Source of the DNA: an uncultured Pseudomonadales bacterium
GTDB taxonomy: Bacteria > Patescibacteriota > Microgenomatia > UBA1400 > PJMF01
NCBI GenBank assembly: GCA_964400865.1
Contig: CAYNWG010000003.1
Location: 1 to 44,245 of the forward strand
Direction: 5' to 3'
DNA: 44,245 bases
The stretch's first letter is position 1; each line of letters starts with the position of its first letter. The translations under genes and the position numbers were made by a program. The notes beneath the pieces are model-generated. The model saw nothing but the letters and a program-made list of their open reading frames with translations, did not search any database and was not told where the DNA came from. Below, piece by piece: positions 29,301 to 36,033 of this stretch.

Positions 29301-29506
29301 GGGTAGCCATCGCAGTGAAAGAACCCAAGCAAAGTAGGGGTACGCTGAAAGTGATTCCCTCTCCCGCACCAACTCCAGAGATTTCTCAAAATCCAATTCC
29401 TACAGTCACTCCTGGTCCAACTATCACCCCAAGTCCAACCATCACTCCAGACGTAACTGAGGCTCTGAGTCCAAGCGCTACCCTTATTCCAGAACCGTCA
29501 CCCTGA
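20333..29506 (+). CDS. Giant (3057 aa) secreted fibre/adhesin-like protein
   Basis: Single ORF from an ATG with signal peptide MRFLRLLLLCVVAVFGLIFFVQQQPVIAA. More than 10 copies of the SGNVGIGTTSP motif seen in tail-fibre-like proteins. Two arrays of Hep_Hag/YadA-head-like repeats (NIALGYQAGYSNTTG), a poly-Gly domain, a DYAELY...AGDVV C-terminal module, and a P/T-rich tail. Confidence 0.9.
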   Translation: MRFLRLLLLCVVAVFGLIFFVQQQPVIAATGILKQINFQGKVVNKTAGTNIADNNYSFTFTIYDAASGGTTLWTETKSVEVKNGIFQTLLGSGTALPASIDFNTDNIYLGINFNSDGEMSPRVRFAAVPQAFNAQKVAGLTVTDTTGTLTIPNGATIAFSGAYTTTFTSTNNSSVTLPTSGTLATLAGTEEFTNKTIGSTGLIFSGASTDVDAASGQGLTFQGRAASSFDTTSGNLSFQVAGTGTTAVVQIGAGGSGNTTPDYLALDVKSDAGDPAGGAEGYIYYNTADNKFRCYQNAGWTDCIGSGGSSNWTVGNGIIYPNNPTLDLFIGGLATSSAKFAFINVNNGTPTASISAGTNGATFLTASGYLSATAKQNLTLGNSVTYNTTGNILLNPNGTGNVGIGTTSPFYKFIVHNSSGGTPFAVSDQSFGSLGTAKAYITSNDTWGTRFLLENTDAGGTTHGLMSYGATNPYAAAGTFAIIVGGSDKFAITNSGNVGVGTNYPSALFDVAGSASISGALAFRGTTDPKINILNGENFGIQTSVGGDAGLTEVLTILNSGNVGIGTTTPGGILHAVGTATTTPLFATTTTMSGTPLTMLDFKFNTVTNLGRIGGVTANSTDTFYIYGTAGRQIALGASSSMTPHLLINTSGNVGIGTTSPVAKLELVGTNDVTQLIVKASSGQSMTNPIIQLQDSSGNTLMDISASGHETTFIGKDAGRNNSGAGLSGGYSNTFIGWQSGYSHNNYSGNTYLGQSSGYYEEDSAGNTFIGAAAGKGTALFTSPSNTIVGNSAGYKMGNSSGMNVFLGNDAGYNVVTGAGNLFLGYQAGYNETGSNKLYIDNSNTSSPLIWGDFSTNVVNFNGNVGIGTTSPDDALDVTGVIDTSEYYQLDNVTILNQVNTGSLLLGTSAGTSIVAGADYNTLLGYNAGYSMNNATSDFNIAIGYNAGYGNTSGSNNIYAGVDAGYYNQTGRYNIFQGYRAGYGTAAYTGSDDNIAVGQSALYSLGSNADYNIALGYQSGYENTTGTYNLYHGYRAGFYNQTGSYNIFQGFRAGYGTAAYTGSDNNIALGNDALFYIGSSTDNNIALGYRAGFYNETGTDNMFQGYEAGMGTSAYTGSDNNIALGESSLYSLGSNADNNIALGYQAGYSNTTGTYNNFQGYQAGYYSQTGQWNIFQGNLAGRGTTAYTGSDNNIALGASALYSLESYADNNIALGYYAGYSNSSGTDNLYFGVGSGQNNQTGTFNIFLGSNAGTGLSVNTGSDNNIAIGREAMNSIGSSADENIAIGFAAGYKNNTATNNISMGSAAGYYNLSGTNNIFLGTSAGMGNFSNYTGSDNNIALGQNALNSIGSSSDNNIALGYQAGYSTTTGDGNIFLGYQAGYSETGSDKLYIDNSNTSSPLIWGDFVTNFVNFNGNVGIGSTAPSQLLDVVGAIRLGAAGANNVLNTTIGGGAPSGYLYWGDRAVCDSTGNCGGGTSNWTVGAGFLHPNNPSLDMFIGGYASASAKFAFLNVNSGIPTASISGNLALAAPTGTDPATKLNIYNGGSFGIQTSVGGDTGLAERLTILNTGNVGIGTTSPGANLEVIGNAKLSSVLALNGAALEAQSAINISLQDVPSYQDSGIKVTASKAGDTFGLWNTLTNSGTSNTTAGVYNTINQNTTSDYYEGVGSLNWLYTANDAYIQYLYGAKTTLSTHATDVGIGYYANSHFSTTGGEQYGLYIDLNNVNSTNYGVYEAGGATNYFAGNVGIGTTTPNGLFHVANTSSGNLRTGGLFQNAGTTAGTSVSLDFSTTSNNINARISAIRTGATYEPTELAFYSSFDGTLSEAVRIDWDGKVGIGTTAPGAKLQIGTAGTTLGTMRLTGNTAGYLQLQPSATAGDWTLTFPANDGDNAQVLTTNGSGVTSWTTVSGGSGANTALSNLASVAINTSLFSDAADTDDLGSTTFEWNSLFLADGSGLTAGGGLFFGTDQDLLLTYDETTSDALVFSDGTNPFLSIKDQGTAADISFNNDSFFISNNGNVGIGTTTPFTKLSVVSADTAISGVTATTAKVGVYGGAGTAAAYGVMGQNNNAAGVAVLAQQDSTGYALYSLGGKNYFSGNVGIGTTVPTEKLTVIGNASISGTLQLAPNVAVDAGTCDASAKGKQYYNGTDNKMYYCNGTAWTVMGAGDVKLETFVANGNYIPTSDTVLTIVEAIGPGGGGGGGGSAATGTATTGGGGGGGGAYTTKTFSYANVTPNVSIVVPTGGVGANGGTNAAGGDGGAASADTSFGSLLVAYKGGGAGNGATGTTYGGGGGGGGSGAAGGNSTNQTGAAGGGPGGAAAAASVDGVGGGGGGTTAAGGNSSWGGGGGAPSRIGGSAGYAGGSSVRGGGAGGAGGSCAASCATTAGGAGGNVPGAVAGGGGTAGSGAGGAGGTGTDNATGIGGDGGGGGASNNTAGGNGGAGGYGGNPGGGGGGGGAAVYSAPNGTGGRGGNGGRGEVRVWSVKGSGADYAELYSSHDETLEAGDVVAIDSTLKAGVKKSTAPYENGLLGIVSTLPGQIVGDVEDEALHIVPIALAGRVPVKVSTENGAIKSGDFLTASSVPGVAMKATSVGLTIGTAIQDYDGPADQIGRVSVFVNTTFTSGLLLKDVLESHGVTIPEAVWRSNTVDYSWYVLATMLEKQQVISQQPTLTETYVDRIVAGLEMIASRLVTREIFTQKLSAQTGNDLEINLATDNKLVVYTAPATINSDATESGRVAALTVDATGKLIVSGNTTTQSLTTQSITFVDPTNASGSATIVMDNQGNAYFAGQVGVGNGSQLAGLEINSGSLGTAGLKLAMLATDDPQVASSSGRVLGVDSEGNVILVDNPRNNENLDPPKIQASQIEGLEVALFNATASGELRINRRSFFTTFVEFVQTVIFRGEVNFLGKTYFAQDMAGTALIVNNEQVVDVTFEKPYEYPPIVTISYKLKEATESAFLNQSSRVAVSDVTEQGFSIVLERPTIRDVEFTWVAIAVKEPKQSRGTLKVIPSPAPTPEISQNPIPTVTPGPTITPSPTITPDVTEALSPSATLIPEPSP
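23100..24500 (+). repeat. Tandem coding super-repeat (~216 nt / 72 aa, about 6 copies) built from 14-17 aa Hep_Hag-like units
   Basis: The GGCTC[AT]GAC[AG]ACAA[TC]ATCGC (GSDNNIA) anchor recurs at 23300, 23516, 23681, 23897, 24113 and 24332. Spacings are 216, 165, 216, 216 and 219 nt. Confidence 0.85.
26915..27785 (+). repeat. Gly-rich low-complexity coding region (GGT/GGA/GGC runs) in the fibre gene
   Basis: Begins TIVEAIGPGGGGGGGGSA...GGGGGGGGAYTTKTF and ends GGRGGNGGRGEVRVWSV. Local GC is far above the window average. Confidence 0.85.
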
Positions 29507-29508
29507 GT

Positions 29509-32409
29509 TTATTGATCAAACGACATACGCTCGTGATACAGATGAATCAGCCACATTCCCAAATTTACACTGGTTAAAGTCATAAATGGTAGTACCGCCA
29601 CAAAACCAAAGTGGGGAATAAAAACCAACTCCATTAATAAGGCCAGCAGTAAAATCATTTCAAAGAATCCTTCTAACGCAACTTTGAATAAACCTCCAAG
29701 TGCGTGCAATGGATGCAATTTTTCTGATGATTGGTTGAGCCTAATGACATATTGGGTGAAGCCTGTTAATTCCTCTTCTGTAACTCGCTGTTCTAAGGGA
29801 GAGAAACCTTTGGCCGCAATTAGCAGGTGGACCGATGCTTCGCCTAGTTGTAAAGAAAATCTTCCTTGGACATCAGCGGCAAATTGGGTCACAATTTGAT
29901 TGTTTTTACCCAACACAGATATGACTGCATAACCAATTGCTTTGCGTTGTTCATCTACGACAACTCCCTGTAGCGACCAAAGTAAATGGGAATTTTTCAT
30001 ACTCCATAACCGATGCGAAATGACTTTGGGCAAATGCCTAATTGACACATTCATACGAGAAGCCAAGCTCAGATATGCCATACCAATTAAACTACTTAAA
30101 GCTAATAATGACAAAGTGTCGAACAACACTTTTGATGTTCGAATTTCTTTGAAAGATTCAGCGAAGTTAATTAGTTTGAAGTTAATTGCTTCGTAGTAAT
30201 ACTTAATCATTTCCAAAATGTTCCAGCCGGATGAGCTTAATTCTATGGTGGGATACAGCGAACGAGTGACACCGCCGATGGTAAAATCATGAGCAGTTGA
30301 GTGATACCCAAAGGCAGAAATTTCTGCCCGATACTCACCTGCTGGTAAGACAACTGCAAATTGACCTGAGCTCAGAGAGTAAAGTGGATTAGTTGCCAAG
30401 AAAGCTGGGGCGGGTAATAGAACATACCTTTTTGAATTTGGATCAAACCTATAGAGCAGTAAAGTTGCGTGCTCAATCGGTTCGCGCGTTTCTGCAGATC
30501 GTACTAAAAGTGGTGAACCAACAATCAAGGAAAATAAGGGTATTTGTTTGAGATTACCAAAGGAATCCTCAAGTTGCAAAATTATGAATTGTTCCTCACT
30601 AGGCATACCAGTGAATAGCTTGCCATTAAATGTTCGAGGTTTTGTTTCTGTTAGAGTAATGGGAAGCTGCTGCACTGCTCCATCTGAAAAATCATTTTGT
30701 CCTCTTATCATCAGTTTTGCCTGAGTGAGGGGAAAATCGGAGGCAAAAGTAAGACTCACTTCATAATCAGTTTGTTGTGGAATTACCAGCGGGTACCGAT
30801 CCAATTGGTCAGATTGATTATACAAAACGATCCCCCTTGATGTGACTACAGTTACAAATTGAGCATCTCCTAACTCAAGTTTCGTTTGAGCCGTAGTCGC
30901 CTGATAGAGGTTTGATTTGATAACCGTACCAGTATCATCAAGCGTCTCAGCTCTAAAATAATAGGTTGTAGCGGGTAGTAGACCTGGTAATACAAGACTG
31001 TGGAGAAACTGAGCAGTTGGAGAAGTAATCTGTACTGATACATCGTTTACAGTAGTGCCATAAAACAGCTTAATTGATTTGGCTTGTGAAAGTAAGATAT
31101 CAAGTGATATTGAATCATGACTGATTTGGGTGGTGGTAATGGAGCGAAATTTTACTGCAGAGACTGTGGGTATCGGTGAAAGAGTTGGTACGGTCGTACC
31201 AGTCGCATTTGTTGCTCCACACCTGTCATCTTGAGGATTAAGACGTATTCGACATCTCTGTTCAGCTAAATAACAATAATTTGTGTCGCACTCAGTGTCA
31301 GTAGCGCAACTCAAATTGCAGGCTTTTTTTGAACTTGGCTGCGGTGTACTAGTGGGTTGCGGTGAACTGGTAGGAATCAGTGCAGTAGTGGGGGTTGCCG
31401 TTGGTGACGGAGTGGGAGTAGTAAATTGATACTGATGAGTGATTGTGGAATCCGGTGTTGAAACTGGAGCAGTAATTCGAGCCGAGACGGGCACGTTTAC
31501 CAGTGTTGTGCCGGTATCAATAGCAGTTGCCTGTAATTGAAAAGTGACTGTTTGATTCTGCGTAGAAGCAGGAAAAGTGGAAATCGTCCAAGTAATCGTG
31601 CGATTAATGGTATCAATGACAGGATCAGTGGCACCATACGCTTGACTGGCGCTACCATCAACATACGAAAAAACTGGGACCGTTGGGGTACCACTCCCTT
31701 CCAATGTACCCAATGACCATTCAAATTGTAATGTGAGTGGAGTTGGATCAACGTAGTCAGAACCATAGGTAATGGTGTATGACAGAATGTTGTTTGGAGT
31801 AACACTACCGGTATGGCTTGTGGTCACGACGGCAGAAAAATCTTGTGCTATCGGGCCCACTCTGGCAGTAAAAACAATTTGATCATTGGCAATGACTGGT
31901 ACGCCAATATCTTGATCGCTGGAGGGTGTGCCGGCTACAAGCGTAGCAACATTCCAAACGTAATTGAGATCGTTGCCGGGGGCGGGATTGCTGGCAATCC
32001 CGCCCGTTATGTAGAATCCATAAGTTACTCCGTTAGTTAAGTCGCTGGCTGGGAATGTCACTGAGTTGCCCACTACAGATTGCGCTGTGGCAATACCAGG
32101 TACTGTGGTAACACCTGCAGGTAAATTAGAAGTGGAAACGGTATAGTCAGTAGCCACAGCGCTTACATTCCATGCCTGCCCCGCCGTCACTTGTATTCCA
32201 TTTTCAACCACACTCTCGGTTGTCCTGAACTGGACCAAAATAGCCCCTGGGTTAGTGTTAGCTTTTTGTCGTTCCAGCTTAATGCTCGCTACTGTAAGGT
32301 CAGCAGCTTGAACCAAATCTACCTTGAACAGAGTAATCATCGATATGAAAAAAAACAATCCAAAAACCAAACAAACAAACACGGCAGGTAAGTGTCGTTT
32401 AAAAAACAT
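29509..32409 (-). CDS. 966-aa mosaic envelope protein: surface-subunit-like N-domain, DUF11-like and FN3-like domains, two CarboxypepD_reg-like domains interleaved with TM segments
   Basis: Signal/anchor HLPAVFVCLVFGLFFFISMITLF. N-domain paralogous to the 351-aa protein. P/T linker, then Cys knot CNLSCATDTECDTNYCYLAEQRCRIRLNPQDDRCG. ATTYYFRAE (FN3-like). LPAGEYRAEISAFGYHS and LQGVVVDEQRKAIGYAVISV...GRFSL (carboxypeptidase-regulatory-like). Hydrophobic helices near aa 740-770 and 900-950. Confidence 0.8.
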   Translation of the reverse strand: MFFKRHLPAVFVCLVFGLFFFISMITLFKVDLVQAADLTVASIKLERQKANTNPGAILVQFRTTESVVENGIQVTAGQAWNVSAVATDYTVSTSNLPAGVTTVPGIATAQSVVGNSVTFPASDLTNGVTYGFYITGGIASNPAPGNDLNYVWNVATLVAGTPSSDQDIGVPVIANDQIVFTARVGPIAQDFSAVVTTSHTGSVTPNNILSYTITYGSDYVDPTPLTLQFEWSLGTLEGSGTPTVPVFSYVDGSASQAYGATDPVIDTINRTITWTISTFPASTQNQTVTFQLQATAIDTGTTLVNVPVSARITAPVSTPDSTITHQYQFTTPTPSPTATPTTALIPTSSPQPTSTPQPSSKKACNLSCATDTECDTNYCYLAEQRCRIRLNPQDDRCGATNATGTTVPTLSPIPTVSAVKFRSITTTQISHDSISLDILLSQAKSIKLFYGTTVNDVSVQITSPTAQFLHSLVLPGLLPATTYYFRAETLDDTGTVIKSNLYQATTAQTKLELGDAQFVTVVTSRGIVLYNQSDQLDRYPLVIPQQTDYEVSLTFASDFPLTQAKLMIRGQNDFSDGAVQQLPITLTETKPRTFNGKLFTGMPSEEQFIILQLEDSFGNLKQIPLFSLIVGSPLLVRSAETREPIEHATLLLYRFDPNSKRYVLLPAPAFLATNPLYSLSSGQFAVVLPAGEYRAEISAFGYHSTAHDFTIGGVTRSLYPTIELSSSGWNILEMIKYYYEAINFKLINFAESFKEIRTSKVLFDTLSLLALSSLIGMAYLSLASRMNVSIRHLPKVISHRLWSMKNSHLLWSLQGVVVDEQRKAIGYAVISVLGKNNQIVTQFAADVQGRFSLQLGEASVHLLIAAKGFSPLEQRVTEEELTGFTQYVIRLNQSSEKLHPLHALGGLFKVALEGFFEMILLLALLMELVFIPHFGFVAVLPFMTLTSVNLGMWLIHLYHERMSFDQ

Positions 32410-32560
32410 AATGATACTTCCATCATGACAGAAACATGCCTAAGACTCAATTAATAACTACAAACTGTCGTATTCCACGAGCCCGCGCCAGCTGGCTGTT
32501 TTTTTGCATAGTCCGTAGCAATTTGAAATAGTGGATCTAAATAAGCCTATCACTCGTTGA

Positions 32561-33112
32561 TCATGCAGTACGTGGTCGACGTACTCTCACCCGCTTGTCT
32601 CTGTTGGAAAGTATGCGTTTAAATATCTGGTCGCTTCCATCTATATAAAATACCTCTCCGGGTACAATGTTAGGAATAACTACATCATTTTCATCGACAT
32701 AGACAAACTGATTTTCCTCGTTACTAAGAATACGAAACCCACATTTTTGGTAATAAGGAATTATGTCAGTCTCACAAAAGCCGAGAAGCGTTCTGCCTTT
32801 TTCTTTGGCATACTTCTGAATTTCTGTAAGTACTCGCACTCCATATCCTCGTCCTTTTTGGGTTGCAATGACCGTTGAAACAAAAAGAACTAATACTGAT
32901 TCGTGACGAAATTTCAACGGCAATTCTTCTAGCAATGCAAATGCCAACAAATTATCACCGACTTTTAAAAGAAAATAGAAAGAATCTTGATCTTCATTTG
33001 AAGAAATTGAATTGCTTGGAATATCTACACCAAATTCTTGAGATCGAAACTTGTTAATTACCCTAAAATCATTTTTAGACAATTCATTTGAAGATACTAT
33101 TTTTAATTCCAT
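32561..33112 (-). CDS. GNAT family N-acetyltransferase
   Basis: Motif A region VIATQKGRGYGVRVLTEIQKYAKEKG, then YYQKCGFR. Confidence 0.8.
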   Translation of the reverse strand: MELKIVSSNELSKNDFRVINKFRSQEFGVDIPSNSISSNEDQDSFYFLLKVGDNLLAFALLEELPLKFRHESVLVLFVSTVIATQKGRGYGVRVLTEIQKYAKEKGRTLLGFCETDIIPYYQKCGFRILSNEENQFVYVDENDVVIPNIVPGEVFYIDGSDQIFKRILSNRDKRVRVRRPRTA

Positions 33113-33207
33113 TATCAGTAGTATCTACGGATTATGTAGCGTAATCAATCCCAGCAATAAGATAGAAAATACTTCACGACTTTGATTGATGAATTTGTAA
33201 CAAACAG

Positions 33208-33678
33208 TTAATAGCGTACTTTTTTCGCTCTCCCCGATCGTTTTTTATTCATGGCCATTTTATTCTTGCGCCGCTTTCTTCTTTCTCTTAACTGACGTTT
33301 CCTTTCGGCTTTGCTCTTTCTATTTTCTTCTCCAGAGCTCATTCCTCTACTCTTGTAAGTTCGCACTTGTGCAGCTGCCACTTCCATAGGATCAAGGTCA
33401 AATAGTGCCCAAGCTATAAATCCAATATCTTTGGGGCTCCATCTATGCTGATCTTCATTAGCCTTTGCATGACAATTCTTACAAAGATATGCCTCATTCT
33501 CTAGGCTTTTGATGATATGAGGGGCCAACATGGGATTCTGGGAACTCAAGTAAGCACCCACTAAATGATGTATTTCTCCGTTTGTTACATGTTTTCCACA
33601 CATTTCACAACAGCTTTCAACACCATCTCTTCTCTCTCGTTTTAGCTCTGATGAAAATTTGTATGGACCTCTACTCAT
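33208..33678 (-). CDS. HNH nuclease-domain protein with a Lys/Arg-rich C-terminal tail
   Basis: CCEMCG...GEIHHLV...NEAYLCKNCH, that is CxxC...HH...N...CxxCH. The tail is KSKAERKRQLRERRKRRKNK. Confidence 0.7.
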   Translation of the reverse strand: MSRGPYKFSSELKRERRDGVESCCEMCGKHVTNGEIHHLVGAYLSSQNPMLAPHIIKSLENEAYLCKNCHAKANEDQHRWSPKDIGFIAWALFDLDPMEVAAAQVRTYKSRGMSSGEENRKSKAERKRQLRERRKRRKNKMAMNKKRSGRAKKVRY

Positions 33679-33790
33679 AATGACGACATCTTTTCTCGCG
33701 TTTCTGCGGTTTTTTCACTAAAAATCCAATAGCCGCAATACTATCAGAATATGTCAGTATGAAAATAGGGAAAAATAGTTTAAACCAAAA

Positions 33791-34987
33791 CTACATCACA
33801 AACGTAAGCGCTTTGCCCATCTTGCCAGCACGACCAGTTCGACCAATGCGGTGCACGTAGTCATCATAGGATTGGGGCTCATCGTAGTTGATTACGTGGG
33901 TGACATCGTCGATATCGATGCCGCGCGCGGCCACATCAGTAGCGAGTAAAGCTTGCACGTGTCCTCGTTTGAATGCATCCAGAGATCGTTGGCGCGCGTT
34001 TTGGTTTTTATTTCCATGGATTGAGGTTACCCTCACTCCAAGCCTGGACAATGTCATTTCCAACTTATTGATTCCGTGTTTGGTTCTGCCAAATACCAAC
34101 ACTTTTTTGAAATCAGTTTGCAGTAATAATCCATGCAAAATATCAATCTTATTTTGTCCAGGTAATAATTTAATGACATCCTGTTCAATGTGGTCATTAA
34201 ATTCCTGCTTACTCACCTGAATCATAACTGGATTGGTTAACAACTTACGCGCAATGGCATCTGTATCGGCATTGATCGTAGCGCTAAAGAAGGCGGCGTG
34301 ACGAACAACGGGCAATTGAGCAATTAAAAATTGAATTGCTTGTCTAAACCCTATATCGAGCATTCGGTCAACCTCATCGAGCACGATATTGGTAAACAGT
34401 GCGGTTTTGAATGCCTTTCTGTCAATTAAATCCTTGATTCTACCGGGAGTACCGATGACAAAATGAGGATTTTTCTTGAGCTGGCGGATTTGTGTATCTA
34501 GGTTGGTACCACCAATACAGACACAAACGCCAATCGGCAAGCGATTGGCGAACGCTCTAAATTCGTCAGTGATTTGGAGCGCCAACTCGCGAGTTGGCGC
34601 CAATATCAAAACTCCCTGATTGGGATCTTGCAAAACTTTATGCAGTAGTGGTAATAAAAATGCGGCTGTTTTGCCAGTGCCAGTATTGGCAATGCCAATT
34701 ACATCTTTTCCTTGCATTAATTCAGGAATTGCCTGATCTTGAATCGGCGTTGGCAGTGTATACCCATGCTGTTGAATGTTTGCCAGTAACTGACTGTCCA
34801 AACCAAAGTCACTAAACGTGTTGAGTGCTTGGTAAGGCTCTTCTAGCTCTGGTTTTTGTGCAGCTTGCACATAGCGAGAAGGCGCAATATATGCACCCAT
34901 ATTTCTACGAGGTTGAACTGGTCCGCGTCGGCGTGATCCGCCAAATGAACCATATGAACGGGGTCTACCCCCATACATTTGAGACAT
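33791..34987 (-). CDS. DEAD-box ATP-dependent RNA helicase
   Basis: Q-motif region FSDFGL...GYTLPTPIQ, motif I ANTGTGKTAAF, motif II DEVD (DEAD variant), motif III SAT, motif VI HRIGRTGRAG. Short RGG-like N-terminus. Confidence 0.92.
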   Translation of the reverse strand: MSQMYGGRPRSYGSFGGSRRRGPVQPRRNMGAYIAPSRYVQAAQKPELEEPYQALNTFSDFGLDSQLLANIQQHGYTLPTPIQDQAIPELMQGKDVIGIANTGTGKTAAFLLPLLHKVLQDPNQGVLILAPTRELALQITDEFRAFANRLPIGVCVCIGGTNLDTQIRQLKKNPHFVIGTPGRIKDLIDRKAFKTALFTNIVLDEVDRMLDIGFRQAIQFLIAQLPVVRHAAFFSATINADTDAIARKLLTNPVMIQVSKQEFNDHIEQDVIKLLPGQNKIDILHGLLLQTDFKKVLVFGRTKHGINKLEMTLSRLGVRVTSIHGNKNQNARQRSLDAFKRGHVQALLATDVAARGIDIDDVTHVINYDEPQSYDDYVHRIGRTGRAGKMGKALTFVM

Positions 34988-35060
34988 AGTCTTCCTTTTA
35001 TATTTCAGCGGAGAGAATCACATTATTCACCATCAGGAGAATTTCAAACCGAGATCAAAT

Positions 35061-35088
35061 AGTATAGCGTAAAAGTCCTATAAGTCAA
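35061..35088 (-). promoter_or_regulatory. Sigma70-like promoter for the helicase, with a ~70-nt leader and SD
   Basis: Minus strand reads TTGACT (35088-35083), 16-nt spacer, TATACT (35066-35061). AAGGAAG precedes ATG 34987. Confidence 0.5.
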
Positions 35089-35271
35089 GCTAGTGCATTG
35101 GAGCGAAAAGACCTGGATCTTGTTGGATGCAGCGAGCAAAGGCTTGGATTTTTAACTGATTATACGGATATATGAGGGGATGATCAACTTTGCACCAATT
35201 ATCTCTGATTTTCCGCCTGACTCTCACATTGCATAAGTGTAATCGCTCAAAAAAGTACGTCACTGACAAAG

Positions 35272-35919
35272 TTATTGCGCCATTACTTGCCTCAACAAAC
35301 CACTGGTTACAAAAGCCTCAGTTTTTTCCTGCCAAGTAAAGGGATGGCTAGCTAGCTTATCCATAAACGAGGCATTGTCACTTACGGCAAGAATTTTAAA
35401 TAGATCTCCTGGAAGATCACTGGAACACCAGGAGTTTCGCACCTTATCCAAAACAGGATTTGTAAATATCTGCGGTCCACAGATTGCCCGTATGATAAAC
35501 ATGCAAGCAGGATCCAAACCATCAAACCACGAATCTCCACTCAGTAATGTCTCTGCAGTAATGCTATCTTTGTGAGCTCTTACGCACTCCACAAACTTAG
35601 TAATTACTTGTTTAGTCATTTCTGCGAGTTGATCCCTATCCCAAATTCGTCTAGCTTCACGATCATGATCGCCGTTTATCGTAGCTAATTCTTGAAGAGC
35701 TCGGGCACCTTGCTCTACTCTGTTAACTCCAGTCTCCTCAGTGCGAGCAGTCACAGCCCCCTCACCTATTCCCCCACTTCCTGAAATAGTAGCCTGTTTG
35801 GCTACAAAATCTCTTAGAAGCGAATCCAGCTTCGCTGAGAGCGTTTGGTTACCTCCCAATCGATCCTTTCCTGGTTGTCCACCTCCAGATAACTCATCTG
35901 CTGGGTGCTCATGTACCAT
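35272..35919 (-). CDS. Hypothetical protein (orphan, locally elevated GC)
   Basis: ATG 35919 is preceded by AAGGA; the track start at 35979 is a TTG. No recognisable motif. Several hand-counted lines run 45-55% GC. Confidence 0.55.
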   Translation of the reverse strand: MVHEHPADELSGGGQPGKDRLGGNQTLSAKLDSLLRDFVAKQATISGSGGIGEGAVTARTEETGVNRVEQGARALQELATINGDHDREARRIWDRDQLAEMTKQVITKFVECVRAHKDSITAETLLSGDSWFDGLDPACMFIIRAICGPQIFTNPVLDKVRNSWCSSDLPGDLFKILAVSDNASFMDKLASHPFTWQEKTEAFVTSGLLRQVMAQ

Positions 35920-36033
35920 ATATTCCTTTGTTCTTAATACTCTCTCTGTACTATATGGAATAATCACTATGAGTGTCAAGTTGCTGATAGCCAGAAATTA
36001 CCTCAACAACTTCCTGATGATTGGATAATTAAT

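Noticed and set aside
32487-32505. Palindrome GCCAGCTGGC followed by a T-run, considered as a terminator
   Set aside because: The palindrome cannot form a stable loop-containing hairpin. The T-run is on the plus strand, while both flanking genes are on the minus strand.
33208-33678. The HNH protein as a mobile homing endonuclease or part of a mobile element
   Set aside because: It is free-standing, with no flanking intron, intein, transposase or repeats visible. The basic tail suggests a nucleic-acid-binding housekeeping or accessory nuclease. There is not enough evidence for mobility.
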